Source of the DNA: an uncultured Oscillospiraceae bacterium
GTDB lineage: Bacteria; Bacillota; Clostridia; Oscillospirales; Acutalibacteraceae
NCBI GenBank assembly: GCA_963520015.1
Contig: CAUQPM010000014.1
Location: 2,484 to 66,483 of the forward strand
Reading direction: 5' to 3'
Length of the DNA stretch: 64,000 nucleotides
The translations under genes were made by a program, and so were the position numbers. Below the pieces are notes generated by a model. The model was not told where the DNA came from. It did no database searches and saw only the letters and a list, made by a program, of their open reading frames with translations. Below, piece after piece: positions 19,291-32,629 of this stretch; the first letter of the stretch is position 1; every line of letters starts with the position of its first letter.

Positions 19291-19319
19291 TTGAAAACAG
19301 AAAGATTAGATGCTAAAAT
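19291..19319 (+). promoter_or_regulatory. Sigma-A promoter for the phosphohexomutase
   Basis: TTGAAA-17 nt-TAAAAT with TGn extended -10. Confidence 0.6.
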
Positions 19320-19350
19320 AACCCCCAGATTAAACATTGGAGGGGTTCAA

Positions 19351-20763
19351 ATGATAAAATTTGGGACGGGCGGTTTTCGGGCGATTATAGGAGAAGACTT
19401 TACGCGGAGCAATCTGGAAATGCTGTCGCTGGCATTAATCAGAATGATAAAGCGTGATGGGATGGAGGAAGAACCGGTCATCATTGGCTATGACCGCAGA
19501 TTTTTATCCGACATTGCTGCTAAATGGATTGCTTGTGTATTTGCCGCCGAAGGAATCAAAATACACCTCATTCATTACGATGCGCCTACGCCGTTAATTA
19601 TGTTTCAGGTGATGAAAGAAAACGCTTCGTACGGAATGGCAGTGACTGCAAGCCATAATCCGGCGGAATACAATGGCGTAAAAATTTTTACAGCCGGCGG
19701 CAGAGATGCAACAGAAGAAGTTACGGATGAAATTGAAGCGCAGATTGAAAAAATTATTCCGTCGGAGATTCGTTCGATGGACTATTCCCAAGCGATTGCA
19801 ACAGGGGTGATCAAAGAAATCAACCCTCAGAATAACTATATCGACAGTATCCTCAATGTTATTGATATAAAAGCAATCAAGCAAAAAAGTTTGAAAATAC
19901 TGCTTGACCCAATGTTTGGTGTCAGCAAAACTACCTTGCAAACCATCTTGCTGACATGCCGCTGCAGTGTTGATGCAATTCACGACCGGCATGATACGCT
20001 GTTTGGCGGCCGTCTGCCGGCACCGAACAGCTCAACGCTGACACACCTTGCTCAAATGGTGGTACAGGGCGGCTATGATTTAGGAATCGCAACTGACGGT
20101 GACGCGGATCGGATCGGATTAATCGACACGAACGGCACCTTTATTCATCCGAATGATATTTTGGTGCTTCTTTACTATTATCTGCATGAATTTAAGGGGT
20201 GGAAGGGCGCCGTTGTGCGCAGTATTGCGACAACTCACTGCCTTGACCGAATGGCCGACAGTTTTGGCGAGAACTGTTATGAAGTTCCGGTTGGCTTTAA
20301 ACATATTTCCTCCAAGATGGAACAGACAGACGCCTTAATCGGCGGGGAATCTTCCGGTGGGCTGACTGTTCGCGGGCATATTCACGGGAAGGATGGCGTT
20401 TACGCAGGCACATTACTGGTCGAAATGATTAGCGTTATCGGGAAACCGCTTTATGAGGTGCTGAATGATATTCATAAAAAATTCGGCACCTTTGTTATGG
20501 ATGAGTATGACTGCCATATGACCGATAAACATAAAGATGAGTTAACGCACATGCTTTTTGAAGAAAAACAGCTTCCGCAATTCGATATGGAAATTGAAAA
20601 GGTATCTTATTTGGACGGATGCAAGGTCTACTTTAAAAACGGCGGATGGATTATTTGCCGTTTCTCCGGAACAGAACCCGTTCTGAGAATTTTTTGTGAA
20701 ATGGCATGCATGGAGGAATCAGTCAGAGTCAATCAAATTTTTCGTGAATTTCTTCATGTATAG
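19351..20763 (+). CDS. Phosphoglucomutase/phosphomannomutase family protein
   Basis: FGTGGFR, TASHNP (phospho-Ser), DGDADR, GGESSGG and RFSGTEP. Confidence 0.93.
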   Translation: MIKFGTGGFRAIIGEDFTRSNLEMLSLALIRMIKRDGMEEEPVIIGYDRRFLSDIAAKWIACVFAAEGIKIHLIHYDAPTPLIMFQVMKENASYGMAVTASHNPAEYNGVKIFTAGGRDATEEVTDEIEAQIEKIIPSEIRSMDYSQAIATGVIKEINPQNNYIDSILNVIDIKAIKQKSLKILLDPMFGVSKTTLQTILLTCRCSVDAIHDRHDTLFGGRLPAPNSSTLTHLAQMVVQGGYDLGIATDGDADRIGLIDTNGTFIHPNDILVLLYYYLHEFKGWKGAVVRSIATTHCLDRMADSFGENCYEVPVGFKHISSKMEQTDALIGGESSGGLTVRGHIHGKDGVYAGTLLVEMISVIGKPLYEVLNDIHKKFGTFVMDEYDCHMTDKHKDELTHMLFEEKQLPQFDMEIEKVSYLDGCKVYFKNGGWIICRFSGTEPVLRIFCEMACMEESVRVNQIFREFLHV

Positions 20764-20806
20764 TCAAGTGTTCCGCCATTATTTCTAATACGCGATTTGT
20801 TGATTT

Positions 20807-20842
20807 TGGGCTTTCTGAAAATGATTTCAGAAGGCCCATTTT
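20807..20842 (+). terminator. Intrinsic terminator
   Basis: TGGGCTTTCTGAAA / TTTCAGAAGGCCCA followed by TTTT. Confidence 0.75.
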
Positions 20843-21071
20843 GCATTTTACACTCCGCATAGTTACTGACAAATGTAGAAATTTCTCGGGTTTGTTCGGA
20901 ATTAGTCAATTATACAGTATTAATAAGAATAAAATGTTATAATATTAACTTTTGTTGATTATTTTTAATATATAATTTATAATAAAAAAGAAACTTATTA
21001 TAAAATGAACATTTCTTTATTTACCTGCGTCGTCATTTGAACTGCAGGATAAAAAATTAGGTGGTGATATA

Positions 21072-21380
21072 TTGGCAAGCGAAACAATTGAAAAAATCCG
21101 TCAGGCAGAATTACAAGCACGTGAAATTGAAAAGAGAGCGGAGGATGAAAGCAAAGAAATCATTCAACAGGCAGGGAATCAGGCAAGTAAAATAATCAGC
21201 GAAATGACACAGGATGCGCAGGAAAGTGCGAAGCATAAAATGGCTGAGGCTCATCAGAACGGTGAGAAAATCCTCGCGGATGCGCTTCTGGCTGCGGAAC
21301 AGGAGATAGCGCGGCTGCACATACAGGCGAAGGAGAATGAACCGGAAGCAATCCGACTTATTGTAGCGGAGCTTACTTAA
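21072..21380 (+). CDS. ntpF: V/A-type ATPase subunit H/G (peripheral stalk)
   Basis: 102-aa charged coiled coil (IRQAE..AR.I) at the head of the operon; TTG start. Confidence 0.8.
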   Translation: MASETIEKIRQAELQAREIEKRAEDESKEIIQQAGNQASKIISEMTQDAQESAKHKMAEAHQNGEKILADALLAAEQEIARLHIQAKENEPEAIRLIVAELT

Positions 21381-21410
21381 ATTCAGCTTAAAAAGGGAGG
21401 TGTCTGTTTC

Positions 21411-23904
<2,494 letters not shown>

Positions 23905-23923
23905 CAGTTAGGAGTACTCGTCA

Positions 23924-24517
23924 ATGATAGGCTTAGATAAGATGGTTCAGGAAATTCTGAACGAGGCAAACTCCGCTGCCGCCTCATCCCTTTCCGCCGC
24001 ACAGCTGCAATCACAGGCAACGATGGCTGATGCAAAGGAACAGGGTATAGCGCGGTCTGCGGACATTGCAGCACAGTCAGCTATGGATACAGCCGATTAC
24101 CTTAGCCGTGCGCAATCTGCTGCCGAACTGCAAAAAAGGAAAAACATACTGGTTGCAAAGCAACAAATCATTCAAGACATGATTGAACGTGCCAAACAGA
24201 GCCTTTACAGTGCAACGCCGGAACAGTATTTTGCACTGGTTCTTAAAATGGCATCCAAATATACCTTACCGCAGGCAGGTGAAATTATCTTTTCAAAAAA
24301 AGATTTAGCACGGCTTCCGGCGCAGTTTGAGCCGGCACTAAATGAAGCTGTTCAGGCAAAAGGTGCTGTTCTGCGCATTTCCGGGGAAACACGTGAAATC
24401 GACGGCGGATTTGTTCTGGTTTACGGCGATATAGAAGAAAACTGCTCATTTTCGGCGCTGCTCGAAGCCGACCATGATATACTTCAGGATCAAGTACATG
24501 AACTATTGTTTACATGA
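23924..24517 (+). CDS. ntpE: V/A-type ATPase subunit E
   Basis: IDGGFVL..G.IEENCSF; position in operon. Confidence 0.9.
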   Translation: MIGLDKMVQEILNEANSAAASSLSAAQLQSQATMADAKEQGIARSADIAAQSAMDTADYLSRAQSAAELQKRKNILVAKQQIIQDMIERAKQSLYSATPEQYFALVLKMASKYTLPQAGEIIFSKKDLARLPAQFEPALNEAVQAKGAVLRISGETREIDGGFVLVYGDIEENCSFSALLEADHDILQDQVHELLFT

Positions 24518-24546
24518 GCAAAATTCGCTGAAAGGAGGTCGGTCAC

Positions 24547-25518
24547 ATGTCCGATATGCAGTATGCCTATGCTGTTGCGCGCATCCGATCAAAGGAACTT
24601 TCCCTGCTGAATATGCAGGTACTTGAACAGCTTTTGGCGAGTAAAAGTTATGAGGACTGCCTGCACCTTTTGCATGACAGGGGATGGGGCGGATCAGACG
24701 GCCGCGAAAATTCCGAGCAGCTTTTGCAGTACGAACGGGAAAAAACGTGGAGCCTGATTCGTGAACTAGTTGATGACATGTCCATTTTTGATGTATTTTT
24801 ATATGCAAATGATTATCATAATTTAAAGGCTGCAATTAAACTGGTTTATGAAAATCAGGAAACGGGTCATGTTTTTATTGATCACGGTACAGTTGACCCG
24901 CAAGTAATTTTTAAAGCGGTAAAGGAACATGATGATTCTTTGCTCCCCGAGCAAATGCGTAAGCCGGCGAAGGAAGCGTTTGAAACTTTGCTGCACACCG
25001 GCGACGGTCAGCTTTGCGACTTTATACTTGACAAAGCGTCACTTGACGCAGTCTATTCCGCAGGAAGCTTATCCAAAAATGAGTTACTGAAGACATATGC
25101 AGAAGTTACCGTTGCTGCGGCAGATATCAAAATTGCTGTGCGGGCATGCAGGACGGGCAAGTCCTTTGACCTGATTTTGCGCGCTTTGGCACAATGCGAT
25201 TCCTTGGATATTCAGGAGCTTGCGCGAGCCGCTGCGCAGAAGGAAGAAGCAATTTATGACTGCCTTGGAAAAACTGTGTATGCGGATGCCGTAGAAGCGC
25301 TGAGGCAATCCCCATCCGCTTTTGAACGCTGGTGCGATAATGCGGTTATTCGCGCTATACGCCCGCAGCTGTATAATCCGTTTACCGTGGCACCTTTGGC
25401 AGCATATATTCTCGCAAGGGAAAACGAGATTAAGGCCGTTCGGTTGATTCTGTCCGGCAAGATGAATCATCTGCCGGAACAATCCATTCGGGAAAGGTTA
25501 AGGGAAATGTATGTATAA
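24547..25518 (+). CDS. ntpC: V/A-type ATPase subunit C (d)
   Basis: YAYAVARIR, DYHNLK, ENEIKAVR and RERLR. Confidence 0.92.
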   Translation: MSDMQYAYAVARIRSKELSLLNMQVLEQLLASKSYEDCLHLLHDRGWGGSDGRENSEQLLQYEREKTWSLIRELVDDMSIFDVFLYANDYHNLKAAIKLVYENQETGHVFIDHGTVDPQVIFKAVKEHDDSLLPEQMRKPAKEAFETLLHTGDGQLCDFILDKASLDAVYSAGSLSKNELLKTYAEVTVAAADIKIAVRACRTGKSFDLILRALAQCDSLDIQELARAAAQKEEAIYDCLGKTVYADAVEALRQSPSAFERWCDNAVIRAIRPQLYNPFTVAPLAAYILARENEIKAVRLILSGKMNHLPEQSIRERLREMYV

Positions 25519-25855
25519 GATTGCGGTAATGGGCGACCGTGACAGCATTTACGGCTTTGCTGCGCTTGGCTTGGAAACTTTTCCTGTTACCGGCGCGGAG
25601 GAAGCGGGCAAAAAGCTGCGCTCGCTCGCCGAGGAGAAATATGCGATTATTTACATTACCGAAGCAATGGCAGCAGCTATTGAGCCGGAAATCGACCGAT
25701 ACCGTTCGGAGCGGATTCCCGCTGTCATCCTGATTCCCGGGGTCTCTGGCAACACGGGAATGGGAATGAAGAATGTAAAGAAATCTGTGGAGCAGGCAGT
25801 TGGCTCGGATATTATTTTTAACGGTGAAAACGAGAGAGCAGGTGGAAATAAATGA
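25511..25855 (+). CDS. ntpG: V/A-type ATPase subunit F
   Basis: [14 protein letters not shown] and VEQAVGSDI. Confidence 0.93.
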   Translation: MYKIAVMGDRDSIYGFAALGLETFPVTGAEEAGKKLRSLAEEKYAIIYITEAMAAAIEPEIDRYRSERIPAVILIPGVSGNTGMGMKNVKKSVEQAVGSDIIFNGENERAGGNK

Positions 25856-27621
25856 GCAAAGGAACGATTAAAAAAGTTGCCGGGCCTTTGGTAATTGCCG
25901 AGGGGATGCGCGACGCTAATATGTTTGACGTGGTGCGCGTCAGCGAGCAGCGCCTCATCGGTGAAATTATCGAAATTCACGGCGACAGGGCATCCGTACA
26001 GGTTTATGAGGAAACCTCCGGTCTGGGTCCCGGCGAGCCGGTTGAATCGACGAACGCGCCTTTGAGCGTTGAATTGGGGCCGGGGTTGATCGGAAGCATA
26101 TTTGACGGAATTCAGCGTCCTTTGGACGAAATTATGAAGGTTTCGGGTAATAATCTGCAGCGCGGCGTGGAAATTCCCGCGCTAAAGCGAGACACCAAAT
26201 GGCATTTTACTCCTGCTGCCGCAGTTGGAGACGAAGTAATTGCCGGCGATGTTATCGGCACTGTGCGGGAAACGGAGATCGTTCTTCATAAGATTATGGT
26301 GCCGAACGGTGTTTCTGGCAAAATCACCTCCATTATTGAAGGAGATTACACCATTACCGAAACGCTTGGTAGCATTCAGTCGAAGGACGGCACAGAACAC
26401 CCGCTTACCTTAATGCAAAAGTGGCCGGTTCGAGTCGGCCGCCCTTACAAAGAAAAATTGTCGCCGGAAATGCCGCTTGTTACCGGTCAGCGTGTCATTG
26501 ACGCTCTGTTCCCGATTGCAAAGGGCGGCGTTGCGGCGGTTCCCGGCCCGTTCGGCAGTGGAAAAACCGTGGTGCAGCATCAGCTTGCCAAGTGGGCGGA
26601 AGCGGATATTGTTGTTTACATCGGCTGCGGTGAACGCGGCAACGAAATGACCGATGTTCTGAATGAATTCCCGGAATTGAAAGACCCGAAAACAGGCTAT
26701 TCCCTCATGGAACGTACTGTTTTAATCGCCAATACTTCCGATATGCCGGTTGCCGCGCGCGAAGCTTCCATTTATACCGGCATCACCATTGCGGAATATT
26801 TCCGTGACATGGGTTACTCTGTGGCGCTGATGGCGGATTCTACCTCCCGCTGGGCGGAGGCTCTGCGTGAGATGTCCGGGCGCCTTGAGGAAATGCCCGG
26901 CGAGGAAGGTTACCCCGCTTACCTTGGCAGCCGCCTTGCACAGTTTTACGAGCGTGCAGGCCGTGTGAAAGCTGTCGGCAGGGAGGGCAGGGAAGGCGCA
27001 CTGTCGGTAATCGGTGCCGTATCGCCGCCCGGCGGTGATATTTCCGAACCTGTTTCGCAGGCGACTCTTCGTATTGTAAAGGTATTCTGGAGCCTTGATT
27101 CTGCGCTGGCATACAGCCGTCATTTTCCCGCGGTCAACTGGCTTACCAGCTATTCTTTGTACGTAGATACGATGGGAAAGTGGTTTAATACCCATGTCCA
27201 TCCTGACTGGATGGAGCAGCGAGGCCAAATTATGCGCCTGCTGCATGATGAATCCGAATTGCAGGAAATTGTAAAGCTGGTTGGCATGGATGCACTTTCC
27301 GCTCCCGACCGACTAAAGCTGGAAGCGGCGCGTTCTATTCGGGAGGATTTTCTGCATCAGGACGCATTCCATGAAACGGATACCTATACTTCGCTAGAAA
27401 AGCAGTACACCATGATGAAGCTGGTGCTCGATTTTTACCGAACATCTGTTGACGCGCTGAGCAGCGGGATATCGGTGGAAAAATTGGTGAGGTTGCCCGT
27501 GCGTGAACAAATCGGCCGCTTTAAATATATTCCGAACGATCAGATTCAGCATGAATATGATGAAATTATTAAAATGCTTGGCAGCGAAATTGATGAACTG
27601 AAACAAAAGGAGGACTACTAA
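25852..27621 (+). CDS. ntpA: V/A-type ATPase catalytic subunit A
   Basis: [16 protein letters not shown] and [11 protein letters not shown]. Confidence 0.97.
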   Translation: MSKGTIKKVAGPLVIAEGMRDANMFDVVRVSEQRLIGEIIEIHGDRASVQVYEETSGLGPGEPVESTNAPLSVELGPGLIGSIFDGIQRPLDEIMKVSGNNLQRGVEIPALKRDTKWHFTPAAAVGDEVIAGDVIGTVRETEIVLHKIMVPNGVSGKITSIIEGDYTITETLGSIQSKDGTEHPLTLMQKWPVRVGRPYKEKLSPEMPLVTGQRVIDALFPIAKGGVAAVPGPFGSGKTVVQHQLAKWAEADIVVYIGCGERGNEMTDVLNEFPELKDPKTGYSLMERTVLIANTSDMPVAAREASIYTGITIAEYFRDMGYSVALMADSTSRWAEALREMSGRLEEMPGEEGYPAYLGSRLAQFYERAGRVKAVGREGREGALSVIGAVSPPGGDISEPVSQATLRIVKVFWSLDSALAYSRHFPAVNWLTSYSLYVDTMGKWFNTHVHPDWMEQRGQIMRLLHDESELQEIVKLVGMDALSAPDRLKLEAARSIREDFLHQDAFHETDTYTSLEKQYTMMKLVLDFYRTSVDALSSGISVEKLVRLPVREQIGRFKYIPNDQIQHEYDEIIKMLGSEIDELKQKEDY

Positions 27622-28991
27622 TGCCAAAAGAATATAGAACAATTGAAGAAGTGGCAGGCCCTCTGATGCTGGTTCGCGGTGTGGAAAATGTCAACTATAA
27701 TGAATTGGGTGAAATTGAGCTTTCAAGCGGGGAAAAACGCCGCTGCAAGGTATTGGAAATCGACGGAGGCAATGCTTTGGTTCAGCTGTTTGAAAGTTCC
27801 ACCGGAATCAATCTGAGCAACAGCAAGGTTCGCTTTTTGGGGCGCAGCATGGAGCTTGGCGTGTCGGAAGATATGCTTAGCCGCGTGTTTGACGGCCTTG
27901 GCAGACCAATTGACAGCGGTCCCGAAATTTTACCTGATCAGCGGATGGATATCAACGGCCTGCCGATGAATCCTGTCGCGAGGAATTATCCGCAGGAGTT
28001 TATTCAGACCGGTGTGTCTGCAATTGACGGACTGAACACATTGGTTCGCGGGCAGAAGCTGCCCATCTTTTCCGCAAGCGGTCTTCCGCACGCAAACCTC
28101 GCCGCCCAAATTGCGCGGCAGGCAAAGGTGCGCGGAACCTCGGAGCCGTTTGCCGTTGTATTCGCCGCTATGGGCATTACTTTTGAGGAAGCGAATTTCT
28201 TTATAGAAAGTTTCCGCGAGACCGGCGCAATCGACAGAACCGTTCTGTTTGTCAATTTGGCAAACGATCCCGCGGTCGAACGTATTGCGACGCCAAGAAT
28301 GGCGCTGACTGCTGCCGAGTACCTCGCTTTTAAAAAAGATATGCATGTTTTGGTCATCCTGACCGATATTACAAACTACGCCGATGCCCTGCGTGAGGTT
28401 TCAGCCGCGCGCAAAGAAGTTCCGGGCCGCCGCGGTTACCCGGGTTACATGTATACGGATTTGGCGTCGCTGTATGAGCGCGCAGGCCGGCAGAAGGGCA
28501 AGGCGGGCAGCATCACCATGATTCCTATTTTAACAATGCCGGAAGATGATAAAACCCATCCGATCCCTGATTTGACCGGCTATATTACGGAAGGCCAGAT
28601 TATTCTAAGCCGTGAACTTTACCGCAAGGGAATTACGCCCCCCATTGATGTTCTGCCGTCCCTTTCCCGCTTAAAGGACAAGGGAATCGGTGAGGGAAAA
28701 ACGCGTGCCGACCACGCGAACACCATGAATCAGCTTTTTGCAGCGTACGCACGCGGCAAGGACGCAAAGGAGCTCATGGTGGTTTTAGGGGAAGCTGCTT
28801 TGACGGATATTGACAAGCTGTACGCCAAATTTGCGGATGCCTTCGAACAGGAATATGTATCGCAGGGATATCATATCAACCGCGATATTGAGGAAACGCT
28901 GGCACTTGGCTGGAAGCTGCTGTCAATTTTGCCGCGAAGTGAATTGAAGCGCGTAAAGGATGAATTTTTGGACCAGTATTATGGAAAGTAA
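27621..28991 (+). CDS. ntpB: V/A-type ATPase subunit B
   Basis: [22 protein letters not shown] and [14 protein letters not shown]. Confidence 0.97.
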   Translation: MPKEYRTIEEVAGPLMLVRGVENVNYNELGEIELSSGEKRRCKVLEIDGGNALVQLFESSTGINLSNSKVRFLGRSMELGVSEDMLSRVFDGLGRPIDSGPEILPDQRMDINGLPMNPVARNYPQEFIQTGVSAIDGLNTLVRGQKLPIFSASGLPHANLAAQIARQAKVRGTSEPFAVVFAAMGITFEEANFFIESFRETGAIDRTVLFVNLANDPAVERIATPRMALTAAEYLAFKKDMHVLVILTDITNYADALREVSAARKEVPGRRGYPGYMYTDLASLYERAGRQKGKAGSITMIPILTMPEDDKTHPIPDLTGYITEGQIILSRELYRKGITPPIDVLPSLSRLKDKGIGEGKTRADHANTMNQLFAAYARGKDAKELMVVLGEAALTDIDKLYAKFADAFEQEYVSQGYHINRDIEETLALGWKLLSILPRSELKRVKDEFLDQYYGK

Positions 28992-29003
28992 TTTAAAGGG
29001 GGG

Positions 29004-29684
29004 ATGGATTTGGCATCTGCTCATGTAAACCCGACGCGCATGGAGCTGACAAGGCTCAAAAAGAAACTGGTTACAGCGACCAGAGGGCATAAGCTGCTCA
29101 AGGACAAACGGGATGAATTGATGCGCCAGTTCCTCGATTTGGTGCGGGAAAATAAAACACTTCGGGAAAAAGTGGAGCGGGGGATAGCATCCTCCAATCA
29201 AAACTTTGTGCTTGCTAGGGCGGTTATGCAGGATGAGGTTTTGAATACCGCACTGTTGACGCCGAAACAGGAGGTTTCGCTCGAAATGGAAACGCGCAAT
29301 GTAATGAGCGTCGAAATACCGCAGTTCCATTATAAAACCAGAACAGCGGATGTAAACGATATTTTTTGCTATGGATTCGCGTTTACATCCGGCGACCTGG
29401 ATGACGCGGTGAAATCTCTTGCAGACCTTCTTCCCGATATGCTGCATTTGGCGGAGTGTGAAAAATCCTGCCAGCTAATGGCGGCGGAAATTGAAAAGAC
29501 CCGTCGCCGTGTCAATGCGCTGGAACATGTCATGATTCCCGAAATGAAGGAAAATATCAAGTACATTACTATGAAGCTGGATGAAAATGAGCGCAGTACT
29601 CAGATTCGTCTGATGAAAGTAAAAGATATGATGTTGGAGCAGGCGCACCATTATAAAGAAAGACAAAATGAAACAGCCGAGTAA
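29004..29684 (+). CDS. ntpD: V/A-type ATPase subunit D
   Basis: PTRMEL, GHKLLKDKRD and TRRRVNALE. Confidence 0.96.
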   Translation: MDLASAHVNPTRMELTRLKKKLVTATRGHKLLKDKRDELMRQFLDLVRENKTLREKVERGIASSNQNFVLARAVMQDEVLNTALLTPKQEVSLEMETRNVMSVEIPQFHYKTRTADVNDIFCYGFAFTSGDLDDAVKSLADLLPDMLHLAECEKSCQLMAAEIEKTRRRVNALEHVMIPEMKENIKYITMKLDENERSTQIRLMKVKDMMLEQAHHYKERQNETAE

Positions 29685-29739
29685 TTAACGGTGTGCGGTT
29701 CCGCTTTCAGCACCGAAATTTGATAATACACTCGCTTGC

Positions 29740-29787
29740 AAAAAATGCGGCTGGCACCAAAAAAGGTGTTGGCCGCATCGTTTTTTT
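29740..29787. terminator. Terminator after the V-ATPase operon (possibly bidirectional)
   Basis: ATGCGGCTGGCACC / GGTGTTGGCCGCAT with an A-tract and a T7 tract. Confidence 0.8.
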
Positions 29788-29905
29788 GCTTTAGAATATA
29801 GTTGAGAAACAAAATCTAAAGTTCTTAGAGCATAACAAATTCAAGTATTATTTTTTTAATACAATGTGAAAACATGGTATAATCATAATGTATTCTCTTA
29901 ACTCT

Positions 29906-31108
29906 TTAGTTGGAAGGATGAGCGCTGTTGCGGTAATCGTTTGGTGAAACGGAAAGATAGCGCTTAAAAAGCGTACAGTAATAACTTTGGTTGCAAAAAT
30001 GATAAAAGCTGGCGATATCCGCGATTTCATAGTCGGTGAACGCAACAAAGTACGTGGATTCCTCAATGCGGTGCCGGGTAATAAAGTTCGTGATGGAGCA
30101 GCCGGTTTCTTTTTTAAAAATACTGCTCAGGTAGTTAGGGTGCACATAGGCGTGCTTTGCAATATCGGCAAGATTCAATTTTTGTGTCAGATTATTGTTA
30201 ATGTATTGCATCGCGTCAAATATAGGGCGCGAGTATTTTGCGGAAGTATTTTCCCGCACCAGCTTGATGAACTGCTTTAATATTTCCTGTTCGTAGCTCC
30301 TTACTTCGGAAATACCGTTCATTTTTTCAATTTCCTCAATAAAGGTATCACTGTATGTAAAAGCAATATCCGGAAAAACCCCGGCTTCGATTACGGCACG
30401 GGTGAAAAAAGTGCAGGAACAGATGATGGAGTCTTTCAGGGAACGAAGGGGGTCTTTTGTCAGCACGGCACGGTTCAGCAGATTAATTTCTTTGAGGGTG
30501 TTCAGCGCGCCGTCCTGATCGCAGATTGCGATTTGATTAATCAACTTTTTTTCAAGGAAATAAGGTGGATGCGTAAACATTTTTTCACGGTTCTTATATG
30601 TGTTTTGAAAATATTCCTGAATAAAGCTGATTTCATGACCGACAGGCCGCTGTTCCGCGGGCGTTTCAACGTTTTTGGAACCGAACAGCACCGAAATCAG
30701 TTTGCCGCAGTAATAATAAGTTTGTGAGCTGACAACCTTTAAATTTTGATAATAAGATTCCAATTTTGGTTTCAGTTTAATCGGGATTTTTTTGTTTTGT
30801 ATTAAATTTACGATTGCGCCGCTGCGCACCGGTTCTGTTAAAAACGGGCCTACCGTCACCACAAATGAGTCATCCAGCACATAGAAAATGAACAGCTCTT
30901 CGTAATCACTGGCAAGATACTGTACGGTATTGTATTCCTGCGGACTATACGCGACATGCAGTGCAGATTCCCCTGTGATCAGCTTTTCTGCTGTCATGAA
31001 ATGTTCAGGAAGCGACTGATCCAGACTTCCGTTTTTCAGAATGCAAATCGGAAGCTGTGTTGCGTAATGAAATGTATTGATAGGTTCAGACAAATCATAT
31101 TGAAGCAT
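29906..31108 (-). CDS. AraC family regulator with large N-terminal sensor region
   Basis: C-terminal HPNYLSSIFKKETG...FCNQSYYCTLFKR. Confidence 0.88.
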   Translation of the reverse strand: MLQYDLSEPINTFHYATQLPICILKNGSLDQSLPEHFMTAEKLITGESALHVAYSPQEYNTVQYLASDYEELFIFYVLDDSFVVTVGPFLTEPVRSGAIVNLIQNKKIPIKLKPKLESYYQNLKVVSSQTYYYCGKLISVLFGSKNVETPAEQRPVGHEISFIQEYFQNTYKNREKMFTHPPYFLEKKLINQIAICDQDGALNTLKEINLLNRAVLTKDPLRSLKDSIICSCTFFTRAVIEAGVFPDIAFTYSDTFIEEIEKMNGISEVRSYEQEILKQFIKLVRENTSAKYSRPIFDAMQYINNNLTQKLNLADIAKHAYVHPNYLSSIFKKETGCSITNFITRHRIEESTYFVAFTDYEIADIASFYHFCNQSYYCTLFKRYLSVSPNDYRNSAHPSN

Positions 31109-31264
31109 AACAGGCTCCTTAAAACATTTATTTTATATATTTTTTTTACTACTATTATGATTTTAACATAAATCTTAATATTTTAAAATACATAACCAAA
31201 TTTTAGGTATATGATAAAAGCGTTCTCAGGGGAGGACGGAAAGAATTTTAGGAGGATTGTTATT

Positions 31265-32539
31265 ATGAAAAAATTATTAGCAACGTTCCTCGCAATATCC
31301 ATGCTGGTCGGGATAACGGCCTGCACAAGTCAGGCACCAGCAGCAGCTTCACAGGCTCCTTCTGCGGCACCAAGTTCGCAGCCCGCATCGTCTGCAGCCG
31401 AACCGGCCAAGACAGAAACCATAACATTGAAATTCGGAGCACAGGCGGATTCTACTCCCGCCACACAGGCCGTTGTAGATGCTTTTAATGCATCACAAAC
31501 AAAATACAAGGTAGAGTGGGATCAGTTTACAAATGATTCCGCGCAGATGCATGACCAGTTGTTGACATCCCTTTCTTCCGGTTCGTCCGATTATGATGTA
31601 ATCTCATTGGACGTTGTTTGGGCCGGTGAGTTTGCCGCGGCAGGCTACATTGCCCCAATTGATGTAAAAATGAGCGAAGCCGGATACAAGAAAACAGATT
31701 TCAACAAGGGTTCCATGGATTCCGGAAACTATCAGGGCAAACAATACACACTGCCGTTCTTCCCGGATCTTGCGCTCCTGTATTATCGCTCCGACATCGT
31801 CTCCAAAGAAGACGGGGCAAAACTTGTGAGCGGCGACTATACATATGACGACCTTTATAAAATGGTTGAAAAATATAAGGGCCAAAAGGGCACCGCAGAC
31901 GGTTACGCTTTCCAGGCAAAACAATATGAAGGTCTAACCTGCAATGCGAATGAGTTCACTGCAAATTTCCAGGATATTAAAGGCGGACTGGAAATTATGA
32001 AGAAATTCACTTCCTCGAAATTGGTTCCGGCCGATGTTTTGAACTATAACGAAGGCTCCACCGATGCCAGCTTTAAAGGCGGCAAAACGGTATTCTCCCG
32101 CAACTGGCCTTATCAGTACGGGTTAATCAAAGCAGGGGATGTAGCGGTTAAAACAAATCAGGTTGGCGTTGCACCTCTTCCAAAAGGCGGCTGCGTAGGC
32201 GGATGGCTGCTTGGTATGAACGCTAAATCCAAGAATTTGGACGGCGCTTGGGAATTCATTAAGTACCTTGCAGGGCCGGACGGTCAGAAGATTATGTCCA
32301 CCAAGGGCGCTTATCTTCCCGGCTACAATGCACTCATTACAGATTCCGATGTTACTGCATCCAACCCGCTCCTTTCAATGGAAGGATTCCAAAAAGCATT
32401 GAGCACCACAATTGCAAGGCCTGTTTCCGGACAGTATTCGAAAACGAGCGACACGATTCAAATCAATGTTCATAAGTATTTATCCGGGAGTCAGGACATT
32501 GACACTACCGTAAAAGCTGTGCAGGACGCGTTGAAATAG
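31265..32539 (+). CDS. Sugar ABC substrate-binding lipoprotein (CUT1, trehalose/maltose-like)
   Basis: Lipobox ITAC; DVVWAGEFA, YEGLTCN and RNWPY. Confidence 0.9.
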   Translation: MKKLLATFLAISMLVGITACTSQAPAAASQAPSAAPSSQPASSAAEPAKTETITLKFGAQADSTPATQAVVDAFNASQTKYKVEWDQFTNDSAQMHDQLLTSLSSGSSDYDVISLDVVWAGEFAAAGYIAPIDVKMSEAGYKKTDFNKGSMDSGNYQGKQYTLPFFPDLALLYYRSDIVSKEDGAKLVSGDYTYDDLYKMVEKYKGQKGTADGYAFQAKQYEGLTCNANEFTANFQDIKGGLEIMKKFTSSKLVPADVLNYNEGSTDASFKGGKTVFSRNWPYQYGLIKAGDVAVKTNQVGVAPLPKGGCVGGWLLGMNAKSKNLDGAWEFIKYLAGPDGQKIMSTKGAYLPGYNALITDSDVTASNPLLSMEGFQKALSTTIARPVSGQYSKTSDTIQINVHKYLSGSQDIDTTVKAVQDALK

Positions 32540-32629
32540 TGTGGGGTAATCAAAGGGGCGTGCACCAAACCGATGCACGGCCCCTTTTTGCCATAAATGT
32601 TACAGATGAGCTTGATTGTGGGGGTTCTT

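Noticed and set aside
20990..21071. Possible Na+ or other riboswitch in the V-ATPase leader (CCTGC...GCAGG hairpin)
   Set aside because: It is only a short stem. I could not match it to a known aptamer and saw no expression platform.
31325..31410. Ala/Ser/Pro-rich low-complexity repeats in lipoproteins
   Set aside because: These are ordinary flexible linkers after the lipobox, not DNA repeats.
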